Assembly: GCF_006345805.1 (NCBI RefSeq)
Contig: NC_043021.1
Span: forward strand, 16,492,001-16,556,000
Direction: 5' to 3'
DNA from: Octopus sinensis
Taxonomy: Eukaryota
DNA: 64,000 nt
In this document: positions 25,505 to 37,060 of the stretch, piece after piece
Numbering within the stretch: position 1 is the first letter of the stretch
How the letters are laid out: each line of letters opens with the position of its first letter
Program-made: the position numbers and the translations under genes
The notes under the pieces: model-generated
The model's database searches: none
What the model saw: the letters and a program-made list of their open reading frames with translations, nothing else
What the model was told of the DNA's origin: nothing

Positions 25505-25525
25505 TTCCTTGACCTCAGCCGTTAG
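25505..25525 (+). promoter_or_regulatory. U12-type branch site (TTCCTTGAC) and 3' splice site
   Basis: TTCCTTGAC at 25505-25513 matches the U12 consensus TTCCTTRAC; branch A at 25512 is 13 nt from the AG at 25524-25525; no polypyrimidine tract in between. Confidence 0.85.
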
Positions 25526-25632
25526 TATGAGCATTGTCAACCTAATTCTAAAGCCAGTCTCCTGTTTCTTACTGTATCGCATCTATCAAGATCGAGGAGG
25601 AATTTATGAGACATTCAGCATACCAGGCCTCA
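25526..25632 (+). CDS. AGTRAP: AGTRAP-like exon (type-1 angiotensin II receptor-associated protein family)
   Basis: Encodes MSIVNLILKPVSCFLLYRIYQDRGGIYETFSIPGL, versus human AGTRAP MAILSLLLKPLSCCFVYHMYRERGG (recalled); GTAAGT donor at 25633, phase 1. Confidence 0.88.
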
Positions 25633-25768
25633 GTAAGTAGACTTTGTATCTTCATTTCTTTTAGTTTTTGTTTGTTTTTGTGGCTCTCTCTGGTAATAAT
25701 ACAAGAGAGAGATGATATCTGTCCCATCACAATGTGAGACGGGATTAGAAAATGTATAGAGTTCACAT

Positions 25769-26177
25769 TACTCTTTTACTTGTTTCAGTCATTTTGACTG
25801 CGGCCATGCTGGAGCACCGCCTTTAGTCGAGCAAATCGACCCCAGGACTTATTCTTTGTAAGCCTAGTACTTATTCTATTGGTCTCTTTTGCCAAACTGC
25901 TAAGTTATGGGGGACGTAAGCACACCAGCATCGGTTGTCAAGCAATGTTGGGGGGACAAACACAGACACACAAACATATACACACACACACACATACATA
26001 TATATACATATATACAACGGGCTTCTTTCAGTTTCCGTATACTCACAAATCCACTCACAAGGCTTTGGTCGGCCTGAAGCTATAGTAGAAGACACTTGCC
26101 CAAGGTGCCACATTGTGGGACTGAACCCGGAACCATGTGGTTGGTAAGCAAGCTACTTACCACACAGCTACTCCTCA
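25769..26177 (-). mobile_element. SINE S1 inside the last AGTRAP intron
   Basis: Colinear with other S1 copies; several CpG to TpG/CpA changes. Confidence 0.85.
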
Positions 26178-26230
26178 TGTTTGTTTTATCTTGTCTTGAT
26201 TTTATTTAATTTTTTGCATTTTATTTTTAG

Positions 26231-26340
26231 CATCCCATACAGGTGGAACATATGAAAACATTGATCAGCCTGTCCCAACTAACAACCTCGAGGCAGCGTC
26301 TCCTCGTCATATGGCAGACAAGCTACCTTTGGACCCCTGA
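26231..26340 (+). CDS. AGTRAP: AGTRAP-like terminal coding exon
   Basis: TTTTGCATTTTATTTTTAG acceptor; A|CA continues the frame: TSHTGGTYENIDQPVPTNNLEAASPRHMADKLPLDP-stop (TGA 26338-26340); YENID aligns with human YQTID (recalled). Confidence 0.85.
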
Positions 26341-26609
26341 AGTAAAGAGAGGAAACTGAGTTTACATGCAACAAGTTATGATGGCAAGGTAATTCACAAT
26401 GTCCTTTTTTTAACACTTTGGTATTCAAACAGGCCACATCCGGCCCAACTATTCTTCCAGCAGGCCAGATCTAGCTTCTCACACCTATCCTACAATGCCA
26501 TTCTTAAAATAAACTATTACATCACCTTTCAAATCACCTGAAAATGCAATTCTAAGTCCTTCTGCCCACAAATTATTACATTTCCAAGTTTTCACACATA
26601 CAATGCACC

Positions 26610-26845
26610 AATCCGACCGTGGCCGATGCCAGCCTCGCCTGGCACCTGTGCGGGTGGCACGTAAAAAGCACCCACTACACTCACGGAGTGGTTGGCGTTA
26701 GGAAGGGCATCCAGCTGTAGAAACATTGCCAGATAAGACTGGAGCCTGGTGCAGCCTTCTTGCTTCCCAGATCCCTGGTCGAACCGTCCAACCCATGCTA
26801 GCATGGAGAACGGACGTTAAACGATGCTGCTGATGATGATGATGA
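26610..26845. mobile_element. SINE-like repeat S2
   Basis: Colinear with other S2 copies; (GAT)n tail. Confidence 0.75.
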
Positions 26846-27198
26846 AATCTCAAAGCCTCAAAATAATGCATGGTTCATACAAAGCAATGTGAATAAGCAT
26901 TAGATTTGACAGAGGAATCTGAATGCTAAGGGGTTTAACTGGCCATATCTGGCCTAAATATTGTATCTGTTTTATGTCCAAACAAACAAGATCCAGCCTC
27001 TCCCATCCACCCTATAATGTCATTCTAAAAATAAACAATTACATCATATCTTGATGCTATGAAATAATGCATGATTCATTCAAAACAATGTGAATAAATA
27101 AGAATTACATTGGACAGAATAAACTGAATGCTGAAGGGTTTATACTTTGAATTTATTTTAATAACGAAAAGCTTTTTAAGGTTTATTCACAGGCAGTA

Positions 27199-27545
27199 GT
27201 GCTGGACTTCTGACCACATGGTCTGCAAAGGTTGGTCTAATTTCATGGTCAAGTGCTGGACAACTTGACCACATGGACTCCTGGTGTTGGACTACAAATC
27301 ACACAGTTTCCAGGTACTGGACTAACCAACTACACAGTCTCTAGGTGCTGGACAAATGACCACATGGTCTACAAATGCTGATCTGACACCATGGTCAAAT
27401 GCTGAACAAATGACCACATGGTCTCCAGATACTGGACAGCTTAACCACATGGTCTCCTGGTGTTGGACTACCAACCACATGGCCTCCAGACACTGGACTA
27501 ACTGACCACACAGTCTTTAAGTTCTGGACTGCTGACCACTGGTTG
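27199..27545. repeat. Degenerate 30/31-bp minisatellite with higher-order structure
   Basis: About 12 units resembling GTGCTGGACAAATGACCACATGGTCTCCAG. Confidence 0.7.
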
Positions 27546-28592
27546 CTATGGTATGAAATGGCATATAATATTAGGTCATCTCCCAGACCAGACACCTAAT
27601 TTAAACAATTGTGACAGTCAGAACCCAAGGGACAAATAATGATATTAAACTGGGCAACAGATTAGTTCTGTCATCCAGCAGGCTTCCACACAGTTTCCAT
27701 TTTCCAAATTTTATTCCTAAAGCTTAGGTAAGGCATGAGCAACCTTCTTCGAGAAGCAGGCCCCATAAGACACGGCTCAATCAAGTGGGTTATTTTCATC
27801 TGGCATGGCCTTCAGAATGTCCCACAGGCTGCAGTTTGCCCAGGACTAGTTTTGGTCAACGTGAGGTTGTGGTTGAAGTCTGTTGTCCCAGTTTAGTTGA
27901 GGGAAATTTGGCTGGTATTTTTAGCCAGTGGATCGGCGACATAGACATGGAGGCATTATTGTTGGTTCTCCCAGTTTTTTTTTTTCTTTTTAATTTTATG
28001 GAAGTAAAGATTTACCCCCCTCCCCTCTCTCTCTCCCTCTTCTCCATTTCTTTACACGTTTTATATTTTGAACTATTTTTTTTTTTTGTTATTGTTGTTT
28101 CCTGTTTGAAATACTTTTTTTTTTTTTACGTTTTTCTTTTTCTCTCTTTCAGAAGAAAGGAGCCTCAGTTTCTCTGACTTATTTCTTGAATTAATAAAAG
28201 AAGAATGTGAAGAATTACAAAAACAACAAACACCACCACCAACAACAACAACTACTACTACTACTATTACATATAGAACAACAACATTTTAATCATCATC
28301 ATCATCATCATCATCAGTATTTTTTCTCTTCTCATTACTTTCCAATTTTCAGAATTATTACATACCAAACCCTTGAATAAATTTCTTTTTATTTTAAATC
28401 AGCCCTTACTCCTACCCTTAAATATGGCCTCAACCTAATTTGATCTGTGAGAAAGGGATTACATTTTGGGGTAGACTTTCCGTCATCAGCCATCGGCATT
28501 GTTGTCATCATTCTCACTCTAGAACTTTCTACTTCAAAAGTTTTTCCCATTCATTTTGCTCATTTTTTCCTGCTTTCACTAATCTCTCTTTG

Positions 28593-28624
<32 letters not shown>

Positions 28625-28736
28625 GTATATTTTTCTTTTTTTCCTCAATTAATTCAGTCCATACACAGACATATATTCATATACATACATACATACATGC
28701 ACACATACATACAGACATATATATATATATAAAATC

Positions 28737-29012
28737 CAAAATGGGACAAGAACGCAAAACATCTGGACAACTAGGTGATACAAAAGGGGACAACAAAACA
28801 TCCAGATAGACAATACAAAAAAACAAGGATGGGTCATTCGAAGCCTTTTATCCTCAGTCAAGAACCAGATCATCCTCGCAATTTCGGCGAAATTGTGAGG
28901 ATGATCCAGTTCTTGACTGAGGATAAAAGGCTTTGAATGACCCATCCTTGTTTTGGTGACCCTTTTTGTATCACCTAATTGTCTGGATGTTTTGCGTTCT
29001 TGTCCCATTTTG
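28737..29012. mobile_element. Palindromic (TA)n-flanked element
   Basis: Inner arms about 28820-28886 and 28888-28954, centred on CAATTTCG-G-CGAAATTG; outer arms about 28737-28790 and 28960-29012. Confidence 0.7.
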
Positions 29013-29728
29013 TATTATATATATGTATAGCAGCATACGTACACTTTGTTCTCTTATATATATATATATATATATATATGAAGAAATGAATGAGAAAATG
29101 GATAACAACAGTCTTTATTTCATACTCTTACTAATGCTTCCACACATCGTTACACCTGTAGTACATAGGTGAGATGATATAATTAACATATTGTGTAATT
29201 AGTCATCCATCACCAATGTGCTATGAGTGTAACGATGTGTGGAAATAGCTGTAGCGATGTGAAATAAAGAATGTCGTGCAATCCATTTTCTCTTATTCAT
29301 CTCTTTATATAAACTTTCCAGATTCTATGGAATTCCAGATATATATCCAGTGTCAGGAGTATTCCTATCTGAATGCTGACATTTGATAGCCAATAACTGG
29401 AAGAGCTTTGTATAGCATAGTACAAGGTTTTTACCCTAATTTTATTCAACTACTCATATATATATATATATAATGTTTATGGATTTGTTTTGCAAGATTC
29501 TTGATGTGAAATCATGTGTTGAAACATGTTATATTTGGGGATGGTGTTCTTTTTTTTTTTGTTTTCCTTTTGCTTGCCAAATGTCCAGACAATGGACATA
29601 AGATAAAATAAGGAACAATAATAAATGAATATAGAATGAATATATAGTGCAAATGTTTATTTGGCAAGGAAATAAAAAAAATGACCATCCCGAAATATAA
29701 TTATATATATATATATATATATATACAC

Positions 29729-29889
29729 TTATTTAAAGCAGCAGAAAATTCAATAAAACCTGGCAACGTGAAACTCAGAGTAACAGGTTTTGTTGAATTT
29801 TCTGCTGCTTTAAATAAAGCATATTACTCTACCACTGGTATTTGAGTACTCTTTTTTTCCACCTTGTTTCACATTTATGTGTTTACTCC

Positions 29890-29891
<2 letters not shown>
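29729..29891 (+). mobile_element. (TA)n-inserted element with the 3' half of a hammerhead motif
   Basis: GCAACGT-GAAA-CTCAGAG-TA-ACAGG; 34-bp inverted arms 29729-29762 and 29784-29817; same family as 46381-46532. Confidence 0.65.
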
Positions 29892-29976
<85 letters not shown>

Positions 29977-30354
29977 ATCTGTTTAGTGTTGACTGTTGCA
30001 AGAAAGAGTTTAATATTTCATTTTGGTTTAAGCCTGTTGCTTCACTGAGTATGGCCTGTAGGTTCACAAGGTTTTAGGTGAGTTGTCGTGACTTGCTTGG
30101 AGACCCTGTGCAGCCTCAAGTGAAATTCAGGGAAGCAGGAGATTGACTCCACCAAACTAACTAAAGATTTATACATCCAAGCATAAACATGGACACACAC
30201 ACACACACACACACTCTGTCTTGATTCGTTTTGAAGTATTTCATGTTTTCATTTTGTTTTCTTTCTTAGGTTGATTATTTTTTCATTTACATTTCTAATT
30301 AATTTATTCAAAAACTATATTTGTTGAAATTATTTTTTAAAATCTTTGAAATTT

Positions 30355-30356
30355 TA

Positions 30357-30390
<34 letters not shown>

Positions 30391-30556
30391 CGTCTGTGTA
30401 TATGTATATACTCATACACATGTTTGTGCGTGTATATACATATATAACAAATAAATTTACATGCATATATATACAGATATATATATAACATATATATATG
30501 TATATATATATATATATATATATACATGCATATATATATATATACATGCATATATA

Positions 30557-30587
<31 letters not shown>

Positions 30588-30630
30588 CATATATAACATA
30601 TATACATGCATATATATATACATACATAAC

Positions 30631-30662
<32 letters not shown>

Positions 30663-30715
30663 GCATATATATATATATATATATACATACACACACACAC
30701 ATACATACATGCACG
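30355..30715. repeat. CT/CA/TA microsatellites
   Basis: Low-complexity runs. Confidence 0.9.
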
Positions 30716-31359
30716 TATGTGAAACAACTGGCAATTTTTTCATTGTCCTTATCTGTAGATCTGTAGGTTTGCATCCAATTTCATTTCCACTTCCTGCATT
30801 ACATAAAGCAACAATATGGTGAAATCCCTTCTCAAATTATAATATTTTCCTTTTTATTTTTTTTTCCATATTTCCTCCCTTCTGCTCCTCCCTTTTTCTG
30901 CAATCTCAATTCTAATTTATGAAAGAAAATTTCAAATTTCATTTGGGAAAGTTTTACAAAAAGAAATATGAGATATAACACTAATAATAATAATAATAAT
31001 AATAATAATGATAATAAAATCTGGTGTGTTCAGTGAATGTGATATAAAATAGAAATCCAAGGCATGATTACCTTGTTGTTTTATATATATATATATATAT
31101 ATATAATAGACAAGATTTATCACACCAGATGAAGACCAGGATCAAATCCTGGTCCCTGCTTTTCATCTTTTTTTTTTTTTTTTTTGCTACATTCTACCTC
31201 CCTGTCCTCATTCTTCTCCTCCTACCACATTCCCTCCTTCTGCCCCCCCACCCCCCAGTTTTTTCTAGTTGTTTTTATTGTCAGGCAACAATCTCCCGCC
31301 TCCCCCACCTTCCTCTCATCCATTCCCACTTTCTGCTGACTTTCAGTTACAAAATTTTG

Positions 31360-31467
31360 ACATATATGTATGTATGTATGTATGTATGTATATCTATATA
31401 TATATAATGTACATACATACAAATATATATATATACATATTTATATATATATAATGTACATACATAC

Positions 31468-31501
<34 letters not shown>

Positions 31502-31749
31502 ATGTACATATATATATATATATATATATAATGTACATATATATATAATATATATATAATGTACATATATATATATATATGTACATACATATATATATGT
31601 ACATATATATATATTACATACATATATATATATTACATATATATATATACACACATATATATACACATATATACACATAGACATTTGCATTCATACATAA
31701 ATATATTTGTACATACATGCGTATGTACATACATTCATCTATATATATA

Positions 31750-31799
<50 letters not shown>

Positions 31800-31835
31800 A
31801 TATACATATAGTGCATGCATACATATATATACACA
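31360..31835. repeat. TA/TATG microsatellite
   Basis: Low-complexity runs. Confidence 0.9.
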
Positions 31836-33260
31836 GATATAAACCTCTGATGAACCAATAAATGAATAAATAACAACAAAAATTTAAAATATGAAGAGAC
31901 AAAAATATCTATATATTTTTATTTGTTAAATTACTTGTTTAGCTATTTTTTTGCCTGACTAGCCCTGAATATAATTTGGAAATAAAATAATTAAAAAAAA
32001 AATGAGAAAAACTGTGAAACAATAAAAAAAACAACAAAAAGTGAAAATTTGAAAAAAAAACACAAAAGAAAACATTTGAAAAATTTGTCTGTCTGTGTGT
32101 CTACTCAATGCTAATTTGAAGTTTTAAATAAAATTAGAATTAAATGTTGAATCCATTTTGTTGCCTTTTTTTTTCTGTTATGACTAATATCATGTCTGTC
32201 TGTCTGTCTCTGTCTCTTTCACTCACTCACTCACTCTCTCTCTTCATTCCCCCTCTGTTTTGCTCTTTCTCTCTCTCTTTGTGTCTCTCTTTCCTTCTCA
32301 CTCTCTCTCTCTCTCTCTGTCACTTTCAATCCTTTTCTTTTTTCCTTTTCATTCCTCGCTATGTTGCCCTTTCTCGTTCTCTTTCACTCTCTCTTCATCC
32401 CTTTTGATTTTGCTCTTTCTCTGTCCATGCCTCTCTCACTTTCTCACCCTCTCTCTCTCATTAGTTCCTGTTGTTGCACCGTGGCCATGCTGGGGCACTG
32501 CTTGGAAGGATTTAATGTCAATTCAAATCAGCTCCAGTACTTAATTTTGTTTGTTTTAAAGTCCAGTAATTATTTTGTCAGTCTCTGTTTGCCAGACTGC
32601 TAGCTTTCAGGAACACAAACCAACATAACACTGCCCACACACACACAATGTACCATGCTCTCCTTAATTCTTGTTGGTGCCTGTATAGTTGTGACCAGAC
32701 ATGGACACCTTGTTCCTTAGGCCTTTAACCCAGCAGAACATCCAGTATGTAACAGCTTGAAGTGGGTAGGGGGGCTGCACCAGTAAATTACTGGTATTTA
32801 TTTTCTGTTTTATAGACTGGAGCCACATGAACTACCTTGCTCAAGAACACATCACACCACCCAGTCAAGGAACAGAACACATGATGTCTAGCCTGGTGGT
32901 TAGAGTGTTAGGCTCGTGATGTTCAAGACATGAGTTTGATTTCTGGTTGAAGTGCTAAAGTTGTACCCTTGAGCAAAGCAATTCTTTACACATTGCTCCA
33001 ATTTACTCAACTGAAAATGAGTACCAGCTGAGTGTTGGTACAACACCCACCTTCTTTCTATCTCTAGTTGTTACATCCTTCATTTTCTACTGAGTTAATG
33101 GAAGGGCTGAGGTATCTATTTACGGAGATGTACTCGCATAGCAAGTGATTTGATCTGAGATCGTGTGCTGGAATGAAAACAATTGCAGCATGGAAGGTGT
33201 TTGTAAGCCATTTAAGAAACACACAAAAGCCGTTCGATTCACTTCAATATTTAGGTTTAA

Positions 33261-33310
33261 TTTGTCAAAATATTTTCGTCGCTAAAATCCGTGACCTGTT
33301 CACTGACAAA
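33261..33310 (-). ncRNA. Putative type I minimal hammerhead ribozyme with G3-C8 variant core
   Basis: Minus strand: TTTGTCA-GTGAACA-G-GTCAC-ggatttta-GCGAC-GAAA-ATAT-T-T-TGACAAA, giving a 7-bp helix I, a 5-bp helix II (one mismatch) and palindromic AATATT helix III. Confidence 0.55.
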
Positions 33311-34179
33311 AATCCGTATTTAAAAAGTCTTTGTTTTGGCATGCCAAAATACTGGAAATAATTCTGCAGAAAATAATTCTCTGCTGTGAATTTTGCCAGT
33401 TAGAGAACATAGTTATTTGAATATAAATTTAAAATAATAAGGGTGAAAAATTGAATATTAATTTGATTAATATCAATTTAAAATTTGAAATATAACCCCA
33501 AATGTAATTGGTAGAACTATATACATGTTCAATCTCATGCAGACGTCCCATGTATAGTTCTGCAAATTATATTTTGCTATGATGATCACACTGATGAGTT
33601 GCAGACATCTATGTAAGTGATTACGTAAGTAGTAGCAACGAAACCGGTTTGTGATTAATCTGTATATTTTGTATCTTTTCATTTGTCTTGCTCGCTTACG
33701 TTCTGGTGTTTGCTAAATTTTCTTGAGAACATTCCTGTCTTAGGGGTAAGACCATAGGGGGTCGACTTCTTGCATAATGGATGTCCACTTAGTGGTCATC
33801 CCTCTTATATGTATATATGCATGTGTATATATCTATGTATATGTGTGTCTGTGTTTGTCCCTGCTTCACCTCTTGATGTGTTTACATTCCTGTGACTTAG
33901 CACTTCAGCAAAAGAGACCAACAGAGTAAGTACTAGGCCTAAAAAAAAGCAGTACTTGGGTCAATTTGTTTGACTGAAACCCTTCAAGATGGCGCTCCAG
34001 CATGGCTGCAGTCAAATAACTGACAAAAGTAAAAGATACTAAAAGGTTAAAATGGCATTCAGTGTCCATGAATTTGGACAGAAAGAAGCAAAACAAAAGA
34101 TTTTATTTTCATAGTACTTCCCAACAATAAGGTGATATTCTGAGGATATTATTAATGGCAAGAAAAGAAAAAAAAAAAA

Positions 34180-35010
34180 AAAGGCGGCAAGCTGGCTGGG
34201 CGAAATACTTAGGGGTATTTCGTCTGCCGCTACGTTCTGAGTTCAAATTCCGCCGAGGTCGACTTTGCCTTTCATCCTTTCGGGGTTGATTAAATAAGTA
34301 CCAGTTATGCACCGGGTTTGATATAATCAACTCAATTCGTTTGTCCTCTCTGTGTTTAGCCCCTTGTGGGTAGTAAAGAAATAGGTATTTCGTCTGCCGC
34401 TACGTTCTGAGTTCAAATTCAACCGAGGTCAAATTCGCATTTTATTCTTTCGAGGTCGATAAATTAAGTATCAGTTACGCACTGAGGTCGATGTAATTGA
34501 CAGGCCTCGCCTCCCCCCAAATTTTGATCCTTGGACCTAGAGTAGAAAAGAATATCTATGATATTGAAAGGCAGCAAGCTGGCAGAAACGTTAGCACACT
34601 GGCCAAAATGCTTAGTGGTAGTTCATCTGCCGCTACGTTCTGAGTTCAAATTCCACCAAGGTCGACTTCGCATTTTTTTCTTTCTAGGTTGATAAATTAA
34701 GTACCAGTTGCATATTGGGGCCAATCTAATTGACTGGCCCCCCTCCCAACAAATTTCAGTAGAAATGATTATTAATGGCAAAAAAAAAATTAACGCAGCA
34801 AACTGGGAGAATTGTTAGCATGGCGAGCTAAATACTTCATGGCATTTCATCCATCTTTACGTTTGGAATTCAAATTCCACCAAGGTCGTTTTTGCCTTTC
34901 ATCCTTTTGGGATCAATGAATTAAGTACCAGTTGAGTACTGGGGTTGATGTAATATACTTAACCCCTTCCACCAAAATTTCAGACTTTGTGCCTGTAGTA
35001 GAAAGGGTTA
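34180..35010 (+). mobile_element. Tandem array of about 4-5 partial S3 SINE copies
   Basis: Repeated CGTTCTGAGTTCAAATTC..GGTCGAC..GATAAATTAAGTACCAG modules at about 34215, 34400, 34635 and 34860. Confidence 0.75.
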
Positions 35011-35039
35011 TTAATGGTAAAATGTGCATTCTTAGAATT

Positions 35040-35340
35040 GTATAACATCTTGAGAAATCATACTCTGAGCATCAAGATCAACGAGGTTCATATACTGAAC
35101 TGCTATGTCTACCTTGTGTTGATGTACGGAAGTGTGATATGGTCTTTAACATCAGAAATGCGAAGGTGCTTAGAGAGCTGTAAAATGTGATTCTTGAGGG
35201 GAATAGTGAGAGTAGCATGGACAGATGAAGTGTCTAATAAAGAAGTGATGACCCCAGCTGCAGTGAATAGGAAATGGCTTCATGAGATAAGGGCCAAGCA
35301 ACCGAGATTTCTTGGTCATGAGACGAGGAAAGAGGTTCTT
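35040..35340 (+). pseudogene. RTE-clade LINE ORF2 fragment
   Basis: LMYGS.IW...LE...M*FLRGIVRVAWTDEVSNKEV...R.KQPRFLGH, a decayed RTE C-terminal region. Confidence 0.65.
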
Positions 35341-35387
35341 GGAGGATTTAGAAATGAACAGAAAGAATTGAAGAGAAAAGAAGCAGA

Positions 35388-35795
35388 GGCGCAGGAGTGG
35401 CTGTGTGGTAAGTAGCTTGCTAACCAACCACATGGTTCCGGGTTCAGTCCCACTGCATGGCATCTTGGGCAAGTGTCTTCTGCTATAGCCCCGGGCCAAC
35501 CAATGCCTTGTGAGTGGATTTGGTAGACGGAAACTGAAAGAAGCCTGTCGTATATATGTATATATATATATGTATGTGTGTTTGTTTGTGTGTCTGTGTT
35601 TGTCCCCCTAGCATTGCTTGACAACCAATGCTGGTGTGTTTATGTCCCCGTTACTTAGCGGTTCGGCAAAAGAGGCCGATAGAATAAATACTGGGCTTAC
35701 AAAAAGAATAAGTCCCGGGGTCGAGTTGCTCGATTAAAGGCGGTGCTCCAGCAAGGCCGCAGTCAAATGACTGAAACAAGTAAAAGAGTAAAGAG
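35388..35795 (+). mobile_element. Full-length SINE S1
   Basis: GGCGCAGGAGTGGCTGTG head through to AAACAAGTAAAAGAGTAAAGAG tail. Confidence 0.85.
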
Positions 35796-35849
35796 AAGGA
35801 TGATAAGGATACCCAGATTGATGAATTGGTTGGAAGAAAGAGGTATTAA

Positions 35850-36057
35850 CCCTTTTGTTACCATATTTCTGTTGAGATGTTCTGTGTTTCTTTCAATTAA
35901 TTTTAAATATAACAAAGAATCTAGTAAAATAACTTAGTTATCATTAAGCTAGTGTTAGGAACATAAATTGTGGAAGATTTTAATTCAGAACATTTGAAAA
36001 CAAGACATTTGTACCACAGAGCCAAAGGTGGTTTCAGTCAGGTTGGTATCAAATGGG
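35850..36057. mobile_element. piggyBac-like MITE
   Basis: TTAA|CCCTTTTG...AAATGGG|TTAA; body matches 57689-58261. Confidence 0.7.
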
Positions 36058-36734
36058 TTAAACATCAGGAAGTGGAACTCTTACAGAAAAAAAAACAAAG
36101 AATTGCAGCAGGAGATGGCTTCTTGTGTACTCCATTCTGCACATGGCACCTAAAGATTATTACCTTAACATGCTGCCTGGTTTAAGACCACAACTTGGTA
36201 CACTTTGAGGAAAGAAATGACATGGTTATGTTTAGCAGGAATGGTAAGAACAACAACATTTAAAGACACAGATTAACATGAAATTTGGATAGGCTTTGAT
36301 TAAGCTCTATTTAAAACAGGAACTTTGTATCATAGAAGTAGGAGTAGTCTCAGACAGGTTGTACCAAAAGAGTTAATCAACCATAAATCAATAGTTGTCA
36401 ACCATTTTGTCTTCTTGGTGCAGTGAATATCAGATAAAAATATCATTGGTGCATTCCTCATAGAAAATAAAGAAAAAAATATAGAAATTTTAAAATTTAA
36501 AAAAATTTGTAGAAAACTATTATCTTGATTTATTAAACAAACTTTCATATAATGACATCATGAATAACATTTTTCAATCATTCAAGCATTGGGATATTCT
36601 CTATCTTAAAATACATTTCTGAAAATGGTGCACCATTTAACCTATTTGTTACCATCTGTTAAAATCCAGTTTTTGCTTCAATCAATTTTGAAAATAACAA
36701 ATAATTTAGTAAAATAATTTTGTCATTATTTCAT

Positions 36735-37060
36735 TTTTGGATTTGGTTTGCAAGATTTTTTATATGAGTTTGTGTGTTGAAGCATATTCTGTTGTGTCTG
36801 GGGAGAGTCATTTTCTTTTTGTGCCTTATAACGTAACAAACTCACCGGTAAAATTTCCACTTATTTCTTATTTTTATTTTCCTAAAATTTTCGTTGTGTC
36901 TTGCAACCTTTTCAAGAGAGAGTCAAGATGACTGAAAAGGTTGCAAAACGCAACGAAAATTTTAGGAAAATAAAAATAAGAAATAAGTGGAAATTTTACT
37001 GGTGAGTGTCTTATATTATAAGGCACAAAAAGAAAATGACTCTCCCCAGACACAACAGTA
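36735..37060. mobile_element. Internal foldback segment of the 2016-2574 MITE family
   Basis: Same CTGTTGTGTCTGGGGAGAGTCATTTTC...CTCCCCAGACACAACAG arms, opposite orientation, embedded among TTAA-MITE remnants. Confidence 0.7.

Noticed and set aside
25519-25525. CTCAG at 25514-25518 as the main acceptor of the AGTRAP exon
   Set aside because: Incompatible phase with both microexon donors and too close to the U12 branch A; the AG at 25524-25525 restores the conserved G/A-M alignment.
27395-27595. Minus-strand ORF with PGDHVV repeats
   Set aside because: Unit lengths of 30/31/24 nt break the frame; non-coding minisatellite.
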